Shown here: in pieces, positions 29,354 through 39,770 of the stretch
How the letters are laid out: each line of letters begins with the position of its first letter
Position numbering within the stretch: position 1 is the first letter of the stretch
Assembly: GCA_963665815.1 (NCBI GenBank)
Contig: OY762463.1
Span: 3,200,001-3,264,000 of the forward strand
From: Candidatus Cloacimonadales bacterium
Lineage (GTDB): Bacteria > Cloacimonadota > Cloacimonadia > Cloacimonadales > JAIOQZ01
Length of the DNA: 64,000 bases
Reading direction: 5' to 3'
Translations under genes and position numbers: made by a program
The notes under the pieces: generated by a model
Databases searched by the model: none
What the model was told of the DNA's origin: nothing
What the model saw: the letters and a program-made list of their open reading frames with translations, nothing else

Positions 29354-30619
29354 GTGGAAGATGGCATACATTATTTGTGGATAATATTTCTGTTAATATT
29401 ATCTGCGTTTTTCTCAGGTTCGGAAACAGCCTTTTTTTCGTTGAATAAGATACATCTTAAGAAATTTGAAAAAGAAGATACTAAATCGGCTAAACGTGTA
29501 AAAAAACTAATTGAAAAACCTCGTAAACTGCTTATTACTATTTTACTTGGTAATACAGTTGTAAATGTTTTTGCTTCAACAATAGCAACAATTATTGCTC
29601 TTAACATAAAAGACAGATATTTTCCTGATTCTACAGAGCTTGTAGTTACAGTGGAAATCGTGATAATGACGATTGCATTATTAATTTTCGGAGAGTTCAC
29701 ACCAAAGTTGTTTGCTTACACGGATCCCGAGAGATTTTCACGTTTTGGTTCTCCAATAATATCTGTTATTCAGTTTATACTTTATCCGATAATAATGATT
29801 CTTGAGTTTATCAATAACTTCTTTGCAAGAGAAAAGAAGAGTCATGGCTCAAATGATGTTATGACTACTGAGGATATACGAAATCTCATTCAGTCAAAAA
29901 ATACTGACAACACTCTTGAAGAAGATGAGAAGCAGATTATTGATAATATATTCAGACTTCCCGGAACAGAAGCAAGCGAGATAATGATTCCTCGAGTGGA
30001 TATTGTTGCTGTGGATATTGCTGACGGAATGGATAATTTGATAAAAACTATTAATGAGTCCGGTCATTCAAGAATACCGATTTATAAGAAAAACATTGAT
30101 GATATTATCGGTTTTGTTTATGCGAAAGACATTATTCTTCAGGATGAGAAGCAGAAAATAGGAACATTGTTGCGAAAACCTCTGATCGTCACTGAAAATA
30201 TGGGAGTTGATAAACTTTTAAACTTTTTTAAGAAGACCAAAGTGCATATTGCAGTTGTTGTAGATGAATATGGTGGAACTTCGGGATTGATATCCATGGA
30301 AGATATTCTGGAAGAGTTGTTCGGTGAGATTATGGATGAGCACGACAATGAAGATCCGATAATAACTCAATTGGCTGAATCAGAATATATTATAAACGGA
30401 ATGATTCCGGTATCTGAGATTAACGAGAAATTCCATCTGAGTATTGATGATGAATTCGATAATATTGCATCCTTTTTGTACTCCTCTTTCAATAAAGTAC
30501 CAGGCAAGAATGAAGTTTTCACAATAAAGGATTCCGTTGAATTTACCATACAGGATGTGGAAGATAACAGAATCAACTCAATAAAGATGAGACTTCTGTC
30601 TGATGACACAGCAGATTAA
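29354..30619 (+). CDS. CNNM/HlyC-CorC family transporter (DUF21-CBS-CorC)
   Basis: SAFFSGSETA, FGEFTPK, IMIPRVD, SGHSRIP, VVDEYGGTSGL. Confidence 0.92.
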   Translation: MEDGIHYLWIIFLLILSAFFSGSETAFFSLNKIHLKKFEKEDTKSAKRVKKLIEKPRKLLITILLGNTVVNVFASTIATIIALNIKDRYFPDSTELVVTVEIVIMTIALLIFGEFTPKLFAYTDPERFSRFGSPIISVIQFILYPIIMILEFINNFFAREKKSHGSNDVMTTEDIRNLIQSKNTDNTLEEDEKQIIDNIFRLPGTEASEIMIPRVDIVAVDIADGMDNLIKTINESGHSRIPIYKKNIDDIIGFVYAKDIILQDEKQKIGTLLRKPLIVTENMGVDKLLNFFKKTKVHIAVVVDEYGGTSGLISMEDILEELFGEIMDEHDNEDPIITQLAESEYIINGMIPVSEINEKFHLSIDDEFDNIASFLYSSFNKVPGKNEVFTIKDSVEFTIQDVEDNRINSIKMRLLSDDTAD

Positions 30620-31337
30620 AAATATAAGAATATTTGTTTTTTCACTGCTGATTCTGAGCTGTAATTTTCTATGGTGTGAGAAACTTAATTTCAAGATTAA
30701 ATACCTTGGCTTAAGTATAATAGATATTTCGTTCAACAATGAAGTTAAAGATTCATTGATTTCTATCAGAGCGAAATCGACAGGGATAGCCGGAGCTTTA
30801 TATGATGTTGATAACAAATACGATATTTATTATAAAGGGAATTTGTTACCTGTAACTTATCGCAAATCTATCAGTGAAAATGGATACAGGGAAGATCGAC
30901 TTATCAAATATGATAGAAACTCAAATCTTGCTGTAAGAGAAAACCTTCAGGATAATACTGAAAAATCTTACTGCATCGCTGATGAAAGCCGAGATTTTTT
31001 CTCATCTTTGATGCTGCTTAGAAAAACGACCTCTGACAGTGGAATGTTTATGATTGATGCCGCAGGTAAGAACTGGCAGGTCAGCTACAAAAATGCCGGT
31101 AGTGAAAAAGTGAAAAGTTGTCTTGGTAAAAAGAAAACATGCAAATATGAGTTGTCTTTTAAACCTGTGGATGACAAAAAAAAGGAAAAATCTGATTTAT
31201 TAACAAGCAATATTGTAAACCATAAAAGATATTTATATTTCTGGTTTACAGATGATAAGAACCGAATACCCGTGAAAGCAAAGTTCACATCTGAGCCATT
31301 TGCAGTATCCTGGATTCTTAAAGATTATAAGAAATGA
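30603..31337 (+). CDS. DUF3108-like secreted protein
   Basis: Signal peptide; EKLNFKIKY; WFTDDKNRIPVK C-terminal motif. Confidence 0.7.
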   Translation: MTQQIKNIRIFVFSLLILSCNFLWCEKLNFKIKYLGLSIIDISFNNEVKDSLISIRAKSTGIAGALYDVDNKYDIYYKGNLLPVTYRKSISENGYREDRLIKYDRNSNLAVRENLQDNTEKSYCIADESRDFFSSLMLLRKTTSDSGMFMIDAAGKNWQVSYKNAGSEKVKSCLGKKKTCKYELSFKPVDDKKKEKSDLLTSNIVNHKRYLYFWFTDDKNRIPVKAKFTSEPFAVSWILKDYKK

Positions 31338-31349
31338 AATGGAGTAAAT

Positions 31350-32558
31350 ATGGAACATGATAATTTGTTGCATAACATTTTGCCTGAGGAAGTAACAAAA
31401 TGGAAGTATATTGAGAATGTAATTCATGGTGTGGCAGAACTGTTTTGCTTTGATGAAATCAGGACTTCAATACTTCAGGATAAAAGCCTGATAAGAAAAT
31501 CATATTTCGATGAGGAAGAGGACAACAATAAGTTTGATTCTATGTTTTACTCTCTGGCAGATCAGGATAATATCTGTCTCAGACCTGAATCAACTACAAC
31601 AATTTTGAAATCCAGTATCATTGAAGTAGCAGAAAAAGAAATTCAGAAGCTCTATTATCATGGTCCGGTGTTCAGGAAACACTCGCATTCAAGATACAAG
31701 CAGCTCCATCAATTCGGCTTTGAAATTATTGGTCATGATTCCCCAATGACAACTGTTCAATTGATTCAGATAGGTGAACTTATTGCAAAACGCCTAAGAC
31801 TCCCAAATGTATCAATAGAGATTTCGACCTATGGATGTGGAGATTGTCGAAAAATTTTTGTAAATGAGATTAAAAAATATTCCACAGAAAAGCATCTGGA
31901 AGAATGTAATGAAAACATCTGTGAGGAGCTTCCGAGTGATTCTCCTGATTTTGATGGAATGCTGTGTAAAGATTGCATGGAAATCTACAATTATACAAGA
32001 AAAGCCCTGACAAACCTTATGATTGATTACACAGAAAATCACCATATCAGTAAATCATTACTATTCTTTAATGATGTTGTGTTTAATATAGTAACTAATA
32101 TAGACGGACAGAAGAGAATTATTGGTGGTGGAGGAAGAATTGATGAAATCACTGAAAAAATATTAGGTAGAAAGCTTTCAGCCGTTGTATTCTCCATAAA
32201 CATGGAAAATCTTTTTGATGTTATGAGTGAATGTAAGTTATTCCATAAAGAAGATGCTGAGTTCAGAGTCTATTTGTGCTCTGACTGTAAGGAACTTGAT
32301 CTTACACTTCTTCAGACTGCTCATGAGTTAAGTCAATACGGATTTAATACACATCTGGAATTATCATATAACAGTGACAGTGAGAACAAAAAAAGAGCAA
32401 TTAAAAGAAAATGTTCTCTTATTGTAATGCTGGAGAAGATTAAGATACATGAGGGTAAAGTGCTCATTATGAATCTTGTAAAAGACTATGAAGAATATCT
32501 GATGCTTAGTGATGTTATTGAATATGCCGAAATTGCAAGAAAATCAATCAGTATATAG
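31350..32558 (+). CDS. Degenerate histidyl-tRNA synthetase / HisZ-like paralog
   Basis: LRPEST, KLYYHGPVFR, HQFGFEIIG, GGGGRID and an anticodon-domain-like C-terminus; catalytic motifs altered. Confidence 0.8.
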   Translation: MEHDNLLHNILPEEVTKWKYIENVIHGVAELFCFDEIRTSILQDKSLIRKSYFDEEEDNNKFDSMFYSLADQDNICLRPESTTTILKSSIIEVAEKEIQKLYYHGPVFRKHSHSRYKQLHQFGFEIIGHDSPMTTVQLIQIGELIAKRLRLPNVSIEISTYGCGDCRKIFVNEIKKYSTEKHLEECNENICEELPSDSPDFDGMLCKDCMEIYNYTRKALTNLMIDYTENHHISKSLLFFNDVVFNIVTNIDGQKRIIGGGGRIDEITEKILGRKLSAVVFSINMENLFDVMSECKLFHKEDAEFRVYLCSDCKELDLTLLQTAHELSQYGFNTHLELSYNSDSENKKRAIKRKCSLIVMLEKIKIHEGKVLIMNLVKDYEEYLMLSDVIEYAEIARKSISI

Positions 32559-32560
32559 TA

Positions 32561-33526
32561 ATGAGTATTCATAATGGTTACAGAAGACTAATTATCGGCT
32601 ATAAGAATTCTGATCATGAGGAAATTGTAAAAGACTATATCCGTAATAAGCTCATTGGTGGGTTACTGGTGAATAAAGCAAATCTTGATGCTCCAGAAAA
32701 ACTAAGGTTTATCAAGCAGTGTCATGAGTTATCCGATGAAAAACTATTTGTATTTATAGATCAGGAAGGTGGGAAAGTACAACGATACTTTGGTGCTTAT
32801 GGTGCTTATCCATCAGCAGAAGAAATATCTCATATGCAGGAAGATAAAGCAGCAGAAATTTACAATACTATGGCTGAAGAACTTAGTGGAATAGGTGTGA
32901 ATGTCAACTGTGCTCCGGTTGTAGATCTGAATGTTAATCAGGATTGTCCCATTATTGCAAAGTTTGGTCGAAGTTACGGAAAGGATGCAGAGACAGTTCA
33001 CAAGTGTGCATCAATACTGGTCAGGCAGCATAAAAAGTACGATGTAATGTGTGTTTACAAACATTTTCCTGGGCACGGAAGTTCCAGAGAAGATAGCCAT
33101 CTTGGATTTACTGATATTTCAGATACCTGGATTGACGACGAATTGCTTCCCTACAAATATGCGATCATTGAAGAGCTCCCTGAAATGATTATGACTTCTC
33201 ATGTTTTTAACAGGAGTATTGACTCGGATTTGCCAATAAGTCTGTCTCCAACTGTAAAAACTATGCTCAGGGCTGAAATGGGATACAGGAATATTGTCAT
33301 TACTGATGATTTGGATATGAAGAGTATTAGTGAGTTCTATAATCTAAATGATATTTTTGATTTAACAATCGAGAATACTACAGATTTTATCTTGTTCTCC
33401 AATTTTTGGCATTTTAAGTCAGAATTACCCGGGATATACGCAGAATATCTACAGGGAATTGTTCAAGACAGAAATAAAGTAGGCTTAATTGAAAAATCTA
33501 TTATGAGAATTGAGAATATAAGTTAA
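32561..33526 (+). CDS. nagZ: GH3 beta-N-acetylhexosaminidase
   Basis: IDQEGGKVQR, APVVDL, KHFPGHG..EDSH, ITDDLDM. Confidence 0.88.
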   Translation: MSIHNGYRRLIIGYKNSDHEEIVKDYIRNKLIGGLLVNKANLDAPEKLRFIKQCHELSDEKLFVFIDQEGGKVQRYFGAYGAYPSAEEISHMQEDKAAEIYNTMAEELSGIGVNVNCAPVVDLNVNQDCPIIAKFGRSYGKDAETVHKCASILVRQHKKYDVMCVYKHFPGHGSSREDSHLGFTDISDTWIDDELLPYKYAIIEELPEMIMTSHVFNRSIDSDLPISLSPTVKTMLRAEMGYRNIVITDDLDMKSISEFYNLNDIFDLTIENTTDFILFSNFWHFKSELPGIYAEYLQGIVQDRNKVGLIEKSIMRIENIS

Positions 33527-33551
33527 TTTTTCCTTAGGAAGAGGGGGAAAA

Positions 33552-34730
33552 ATGACTGAATCACCAAAATTCATAATTGATGATGAATTAGCATGTTCCG
33601 ATAATTCAGTGTTTCTGGTAAATAGAAGCTTGGAAGTCATATACAATAATACTACAGCAGAAGAGATATTCTGTCAAAATTTGACAGAACCGGTTAAGAA
33701 ACTCGATTTTATCCTCGGTAAATCCAATACAGATAAGCTGATTGAATTACTCCCCGAAGCAGAGAATACTGATTTTCCTGTCGAAATCTGTGAATTCAGC
33801 AGAATTATAGATAAAAATACAAAATCTTATAAAATATTCTGTAGAGAAGTCCAGCAGAACAAGGGTATTTTCCGTGTAATCGTTGTTGAAACAAGCAGAA
33901 TTCAGGATAATATCAGTAAATCAATTCAGAAGAAAAAACTTCAGACTCTTGGAAAGCTAACATCTTCTATAGCTCATGAGATAAATTCTCCCCTTCAGTA
34001 TGTCTCCGATAATGTGAAATTCATGGAAAACGGTTTTTCTCGATTCTCTTCAATACTCAGAATTATGGAAGCTAATGATTTTTACTCTGATGATAATTTG
34101 AAATCGGAGTTTGAGGAAAAACAGATTGCATTTTTCAAAGGTGAGATACCTGAAGCGATAGACCACACAATTGAGGGTTTAACAAGAATAACAGAGATAA
34201 TAAAGGCAATAAAGGAATTTTCTCATCCTGGCTGGAGTGAGAAGAATCTTATAAATATTAACAAGATGCTCAGAATGACAACAATATTAATGAGGAATAA
34301 ATGGAAATATAATATTGATATTCATTTTGATCTGGATAAAGCTCTTCCTGATTTTTACGGCTATGTAAGTGAGATGAATCAAGTTTTTGCTAATATCATT
34401 AACAATGCGATTGATGCTATCAATGAAATTCATGACTTGAAAAAGAAAGGTAATATTTATATATCAACCAGTTGGAATTATAAATGGATAAATGTTGAGA
34501 TAAAAAATGATGGTCCTTTAATACCGCAGGCAACTCTTAGAAGAATGTTCAAGAACTTTTTTACAACCAAGGATGTAGGACATGGAACAGGGCAGGGACT
34601 ATCATTATGCAAAAATATTATTGAGAAGCATCATTATGGTGAGATAGAAGCTGTTTCATCTATGGAAGAGATGACAAAGTTCACAATACATCTTCCGGTT
34701 AACTGGGAAGAACTGGAGGGGATAGAATGA
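33552..34730 (+). CDS. Cytoplasmic sensor histidine kinase (PAS-like + HisKA + HATPase)
   Basis: IAHEINSPLQY, QVFANIINNAIDA, FFTTKDVGHGTGQGLS. Confidence 0.93.
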   Translation: MTESPKFIIDDELACSDNSVFLVNRSLEVIYNNTTAEEIFCQNLTEPVKKLDFILGKSNTDKLIELLPEAENTDFPVEICEFSRIIDKNTKSYKIFCREVQQNKGIFRVIVVETSRIQDNISKSIQKKKLQTLGKLTSSIAHEINSPLQYVSDNVKFMENGFSRFSSILRIMEANDFYSDDNLKSEFEEKQIAFFKGEIPEAIDHTIEGLTRITEIIKAIKEFSHPGWSEKNLININKMLRMTTILMRNKWKYNIDIHFDLDKALPDFYGYVSEMNQVFANIINNAIDAINEIHDLKKKGNIYISTSWNYKWINVEIKNDGPLIPQATLRRMFKNFFTTKDVGHGTGQGLSLCKNIIEKHHYGEIEAVSSMEEMTKFTIHLPVNWEELEGIE

Positions 34731-35920
34731 ATATCTCTGTTTTGTTCATAGATGATGATAAAAACACTCTGGCAGCAATCAGAAGAAGGTTGCATAATTA
34801 TCCTGAGAGTTGGAACTTTCATTTCTCATCTAATGGAGCAGAGGCTATTAATATTATTAACAACAATGATTTTGATGTTGTTGTAACTGATCATGTAATG
34901 AAGGGGATAACCGGATTGGAGATTCTCAATTATGTTGAAGAAGAATTTCCACATATTATAAGAATTCTATTTTCATCTTTTTCTGATGATGAGCTTTCAT
35001 ACAATGCAATAAGGAGTGCTCATCAACTGTACACTAAGCCATTCAGTATTGATGGACTTCTTGAAAAAGTAACCAGAATGATCAATTTCAAGAAGAAGAT
35101 CGGTGATAGAAAGGTTCTTGGGAAAATAACTACTATCAAGACTTTGCCTTCATTACCTGAGATATATCAGGAGATTCAGAAAGAGCTTAAGAATAAAGAC
35201 TATTCTCTGAAGACAGTAGGTGAGATTATTGGCAGGGATATTGGTATGTCCTCCAAGATTCTACAGCTTGTAAATTCATCTTTCTTTGGTCTGTCAAAGC
35301 GTATTACAAATCCACAACAGGCTGTTAGTCTGCTCGGTATTAACACAATAAAGAATCTTGCATTATCTATGCAGATATTCAGGCATTATTCGAATGAGAA
35401 CGATCTTAATGTTGACTATGAGAAGCTCTGGAATCATTCTATAAAAGTTGCCTCATTAGCAAAGAAGTTTGCCATGTTTATGAAGCTGTCCAAGAGTATT
35501 CTTGATGATATTTTTATCTCAGGACTGTTGCATGATATCGGAAAACTTGTGCTTGCCTGTGAATATAAGGATGATTATCCGGATATAAGAACTCTGAGGA
35601 TTAACAATGACAAAACACGAAAAGAAAAAGAATTCGGAAAAATTGGAGTATGCCATGATGCTGTTGCCGCTTATCTTCTGGAAATGTGGGCGATTCCGGA
35701 AAATGTTGTTGATGCAGTAGCTGGTCATCATGAGTACGATGACATTGCATTTGAGCATAGTAAAGAAAAAACATCACTTCAGATTGCGAATTATCTTGCC
35801 AATAAACAGGCAGGAGTTCTAATTGATAAAGAAGTTGATTTGAATCAACAGATGATTAATGATAAGCAACTGACAGATTACGTAAAAGAATTTGCCAAAA
35901 GTGAGGAAATTGAATGCTGA
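34727..35920 (+). CDS. Response regulator with HDOD domain
   Basis: LFIDDD, VVTDH; LPSLP, KILQLVNSSFFGL, LWNHS, GLLHDIGKL. Confidence 0.92.
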   Translation: MNISVLFIDDDKNTLAAIRRRLHNYPESWNFHFSSNGAEAINIINNNDFDVVVTDHVMKGITGLEILNYVEEEFPHIIRILFSSFSDDELSYNAIRSAHQLYTKPFSIDGLLEKVTRMINFKKKIGDRKVLGKITTIKTLPSLPEIYQEIQKELKNKDYSLKTVGEIIGRDIGMSSKILQLVNSSFFGLSKRITNPQQAVSLLGINTIKNLALSMQIFRHYSNENDLNVDYEKLWNHSIKVASLAKKFAMFMKLSKSILDDIFISGLLHDIGKLVLACEYKDDYPDIRTLRINNDKTRKEKEFGKIGVCHDAVAAYLLEMWAIPENVVDAVAGHHEYDDIAFEHSKEKTSLQIANYLANKQAGVLIDKEVDLNQQMINDKQLTDYVKEFAKSEEIEC

Positions 35921-36516
35921 ACAGGCTGTTGTTTGTAGACGATGAACCTAATATACTTGCATCTTACAGAAGACATTTTGGAATGCTTTATTATGTCGAC
36001 ACTGCTGTAAGTGGTGCAGAAGCCTTAGAGAAGATGAAGGATCGTGATCAATATTCTGTTATCGTCACAGATTATATGATGCCGGGGATGGATGGATTGG
36101 AGTTTGCCGCAGAAGCAAAAAAAATATCTAATGAGACTGTACTGATTATTAATACAGGTGGTCCTGATTTTGATATTGCAATGCGAGCAGTTAATGAAGG
36201 GAATATATTCCGTTTTCTTGTTAAGCCTATGAGTTATGAGAAGATGCATCCAATCATAAAACAGGGGATAAAGCAATTCAAGCTGAATAAGACAATATCA
36301 AACAAACTTGTTAATTCCAGATTTCTTAAAGAACTGACAATGTGTACTGAATGCTACAAGGTTAAAATTCCTGATGCAGACCACAAAAAAAGCAGTAGCT
36401 GGCAACCATTGGAAGTCTATTTCGGAAAGCATTACGCTCTTGAATTCAGTCACGGATTATGCCCCGAATGCACGGTAGAGCACTATGGGATTGTACATAA
36501 AAAAAAATCTAAATAG
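35914..36516 (+). CDS. Response regulator with C-terminal Cys-rich (CxxC...SHGxCPxC) domain
   Basis: LFVDDE, TDYMMPGMDG, FLVKP; MCTEC...SHGLCPEC. Confidence 0.9.
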   Translation: MLNRLLFVDDEPNILASYRRHFGMLYYVDTAVSGAEALEKMKDRDQYSVIVTDYMMPGMDGLEFAAEAKKISNETVLIINTGGPDFDIAMRAVNEGNIFRFLVKPMSYEKMHPIIKQGIKQFKLNKTISNKLVNSRFLKELTMCTECYKVKIPDADHKKSSSWQPLEVYFGKHYALEFSHGLCPECTVEHYGIVHKKKSK

Positions 36517-36707
36517 AAAGCTTTTCAAGAAGCTCATTCTGAGTTAGAATTTGATGATTTCTAAAATCGAGTCAACTATATACCAATTATACAAAGGTCT
36601 CTAAAACTACCCTTTATTTGTCCTTGTACATTTTCAACAACATTTTTTAATTATATATCTGTGCATTAATTATTGACAATAACAAGGTTAAATCAAATAA
36701 GTAATAC

Positions 36708-37358
36708 ATGAAGAAAATTGTATTATTGTCAGCTCTAATAGTTATGCATGTAAGTGCTGCCTTCAGTCTTTCGATTGCCCGTCTGCATTATGATGGTGGG
36801 GGAGACTGGTATAATGATCCGGATATGCTTCCGAATCTGGCAGTGTACATAAACAAGGAACTACAGACAGATCTCTCAGAAGATCTGATAAACGTTACTC
36901 CTTCCGGAGCAGAACTATTTGATTATCCATTTATATTCATGACAGGTCATGGGAATGTCAGTTTTTCGGATGCGGATATCAGGAATCTCAAAAAGTACTT
37001 TAAAAATGGTGGATTTCTTTATGCTGATGATGATTATGGTATGGATAAATCATTTCGAAGAGAATTGAAAAAGCTGTTTCCGGGGCGTGAACTTGTTGAG
37101 TTACCGGCAAGTCATGAGATCTTCAACTGTTATTACAAGTTTCCGAAAGGATTACCTAAAACCCATAAGCATGACGATAAAAGACCGGAAGCATTTGCTA
37201 TATTTGATGATAACGGAAGGATGCTGGTGCTGTACACTTATGAGGCAAACATCAGTGACGGATGGGCTTCTGAAAGAGTACATAAAGATCCCTGGACTGT
37301 CAGAGAAAAAGCACTGAAAATGGGACTGAATATTTTTTATTATATGATGGTGAATTAA
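36708..37358 (+). CDS. DUF4159-domain secreted protein
   Basis: ARLHYDGGGDWY.DP, YPFIFMTGHG, GGFLYADDDYG, LPKTH.HD. Confidence 0.88.
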   Translation: MKKIVLLSALIVMHVSAAFSLSIARLHYDGGGDWYNDPDMLPNLAVYINKELQTDLSEDLINVTPSGAELFDYPFIFMTGHGNVSFSDADIRNLKKYFKNGGFLYADDDYGMDKSFRRELKKLFPGRELVELPASHEIFNCYYKFPKGLPKTHKHDDKRPEAFAIFDDNGRMLVLYTYEANISDGWASERVHKDPWTVREKALKMGLNIFYYMMVN

Positions 37359-38086
37359 TGAAAGTATATATTGCTTCTGATATGCATTACAGATTTGTTG
37401 AGGATGAAGAAATTAGTGAGAGACACAGAAAAGTTCTCGGATTTCTGGATATTGTTAAAGAAGATGCTGATATGTTGATTCTGAATGGAGATATCTTTGA
37501 TCTGTGGTGCGTATGGGATACAGTGATTATAAAAGGATATTTCCAACTGTTACGAAAGTTGGCAGATATTACTGATGCAGGATGTAAAGTTGTTTTTATT
37601 GCCGGAAATCACGATTTCTGGTTCTCAGGTTTTCTTGAGAAAGAACTTGGTTTTCAGATTGAATCCAATGTCTACAGAACTGAAATAGATGGTAAGAAGA
37701 TAATTGCAACACATGGTGATATTTATACAGCAAGTGATAACAGATACAAATTGTTCAGGATGATTGTAAGGAACAGGCTTGTTAAGATGATTTTCAAGCT
37801 GCTGCATCCGGACTTTGCTCTTAAACTGGGAATGCTGATGTCACGATCCAGCAGGAATGTCAAGCATCCTAAAGAACTTGAGATAAGGAAAGAAAACGGA
37901 TTGAAGTATTCTGCTCAACAATTCCTGAAAGAATGTGACATTGTGTTCTTTGCGCATTCTCATAAACCTGTGATTATGGAATACAACTCCGGTATATATG
38001 CTAATTCAGGAGACTGGGTTAAGCACCAGACATATTTAGTTCTCGAAAATGGAAATTTAAAATTACAAACATATAAGGAAAGGTAA
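37358..38086 (+). CDS. lpxH: UDP-2,3-diacylglucosamine diphosphatase (calcineurin-like)
   Basis: SDMH, GDIFDLW, GNHD, HGD, AHSHKP, NSGDW. Confidence 0.85.
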   Translation: MKVYIASDMHYRFVEDEEISERHRKVLGFLDIVKEDADMLILNGDIFDLWCVWDTVIIKGYFQLLRKLADITDAGCKVVFIAGNHDFWFSGFLEKELGFQIESNVYRTEIDGKKIIATHGDIYTASDNRYKLFRMIVRNRLVKMIFKLLHPDFALKLGMLMSRSSRNVKHPKELEIRKENGLKYSAQQFLKECDIVFFAHSHKPVIMEYNSGIYANSGDWVKHQTYLVLENGNLKLQTYKER

Positions 38087-38087
38087 A

Positions 38088-38828
38088 ATGATTATTAAAA
38101 CGAATTATGGTGAAATCAAAATCAAACTAATGCCTGAAGTTGCACCTGAAACTGTGAAGAACTTTGTAGAGCTTGCTAAAGGTGAAAAAGAGTTTGTTGA
38201 TCCGACAAGCAAGGAAAAAACAAAGAAAAAATTCTATGACGGTCTGATTTTTCACCGTGTAATAAAAGACTTCATGATTCAGGGCGGATGTCCTCTTGGA
38301 ACAGGTACCGGTGGTCCCGGGTATACATTTGCCGATGAATGTTTTGAGCAGGGAGAACCTCTCAGTGGAGATATAACTGACCAGGAACATGCGTTTAGAA
38401 TGTTTGAGGAAGTGATTGCTCCTTATATTCGCTCAACAGAGAATCCGGATCCTGAAGTTATGGAGATTACAAATCAGGCTATTAAGCAGCAGTCTCCTGC
38501 ACCGATTATGACAAAAGATTTCAATTTTTACTATGAAAAAACAGGATGCGAGCCAATGAGAAGTCTTGGTAAATTGAAAGCTTCTATTGATTACGGTTCA
38601 CTAGCTATGGCTAATGCAGGACCAAATACAAACGGTTCTCAATTCTTTATTGTAACAAAAAAGGATGGTTGCGGTTGGCTTAATGGGAAGCATACTGTAT
38701 TTGGAAAAGTTGTTGAAGGAATGGAAATTGCTCATAAGATTGAAGATCTTGAGAAAGATGCTCATGATAAACCTGTAAAAGGTAAAGAAGCTTTCATTCA
38801 GGAAATCATCTTTGAAGATGGTGAGTAA
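38088..38828 (+). CDS. Cyclophilin-type PPIase (cytoplasmic) with internal insertion
   Basis: [36 protein letters not shown]. Confidence 0.93.
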   Translation: MIIKTNYGEIKIKLMPEVAPETVKNFVELAKGEKEFVDPTSKEKTKKKFYDGLIFHRVIKDFMIQGGCPLGTGTGGPGYTFADECFEQGEPLSGDITDQEHAFRMFEEVIAPYIRSTENPDPEVMEITNQAIKQQSPAPIMTKDFNFYYEKTGCEPMRSLGKLKASIDYGSLAMANAGPNTNGSQFFIVTKKDGCGWLNGKHTVFGKVVEGMEIAHKIEDLEKDAHDKPVKGKEAFIQEIIFEDGE

Positions 38829-38840
38829 TAAGGAGTTGAA

Positions 38841-39665
38841 ATGAAAAAAATATTATTTATACTGATACTGATGAGTGTTGTTTTCTGCTTAAGTGCCAAA
38901 ACACGCTATGCCACAATTAAAACAAATTACGGTGATATTGTTATAGAACTTTTTGCCGATAAGACACCTGTGACAGTTGATAACTTTATTGATCTGGCAG
39001 AAGGAACAAAAGAATGGACAGATCCTAAAACAGGTAAGAAAGTTAAAAGACCTTTTTATGATGGATTAATCTTTCACAGAGTAATAAATGATTTCATGAT
39101 TCAGGGTGGATGCCCTCTTGGTACAGGAACCGGTGGACTGGGATATCAATTTGAAGATGAATGTTTTGAACCTGGAGAGGAAATCACCGGAGCAATTGAT
39201 TCTGAAGAAAAAGCAAGAACAGTATATATGCAGGTTTTAGCTCCATATATGCAGGCAAATCAGGCAAATCCGGATCCGGAAATAAATGATATAATGATGA
39301 AGACTGCTCAAGCACAGTCCGGAAAATTTATCATGGAAAAAACTGTTGAGTATTTCAAAGAGAAAACAGGTTATAAAGGAAGTGTGAGCGGAAGAGGTAA
39401 ACTGATTGCTATGGTAGATTACGGTACTCTCTGCATGGCTAATTCAGGACCAAATACAAACGGTTCACAATTCTTCATTGTTACAAAGAAAGAAGGATGT
39501 AACTGGCTTAACGGAAAGCATACTGTTTTCGGTAAAGTCATCAAGGGAATGGAAGTAGCCCATCAGATAGAAAAATTGCCACAGAATAAAAGTAATAAAC
39601 CGAATAAAGATGTTGAAGCTGTAATTCAAAAAGTACTTATCTCTAACAAGAACCCGTTGAAATAG
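38841..39665 (+). CDS. Cyclophilin-type PPIase (secreted) with internal insertion
   Basis: Signal peptide; same catalytic motifs; paralog of the upstream gene. Confidence 0.93.
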   Translation: MKKILFILILMSVVFCLSAKTRYATIKTNYGDIVIELFADKTPVTVDNFIDLAEGTKEWTDPKTGKKVKRPFYDGLIFHRVINDFMIQGGCPLGTGTGGLGYQFEDECFEPGEEITGAIDSEEKARTVYMQVLAPYMQANQANPDPEINDIMMKTAQAQSGKFIMEKTVEYFKEKTGYKGSVSGRGKLIAMVDYGTLCMANSGPNTNGSQFFIVTKKEGCNWLNGKHTVFGKVIKGMEVAHQIEKLPQNKSNKPNKDVEAVIQKVLISNKNPLK

Positions 39666-39687
39666 TAACTCAACTGAATATATTTTT

Positions 39688-39714
39688 AAACCTGCCCTGT
39701 TGGCAGGTTTTTTT
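39688..39714 (+). terminator. Rho-independent terminator
   Basis: AAACCTGCC-CTGTT-GGCAGGTTT followed by a T tract. Confidence 0.85.
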
Positions 39715-39770
39715 GTAGATATTATTGTGGGATTGATTTATCTGTATAGTTCAATGATATTTTACAATCT

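Noticed and set aside
29354-30619. gldE as evidence of Bacteroidota-type gliding
   Set aside because: It is a generic CNNM/CorC protein in the common HD-ybeY-corC context
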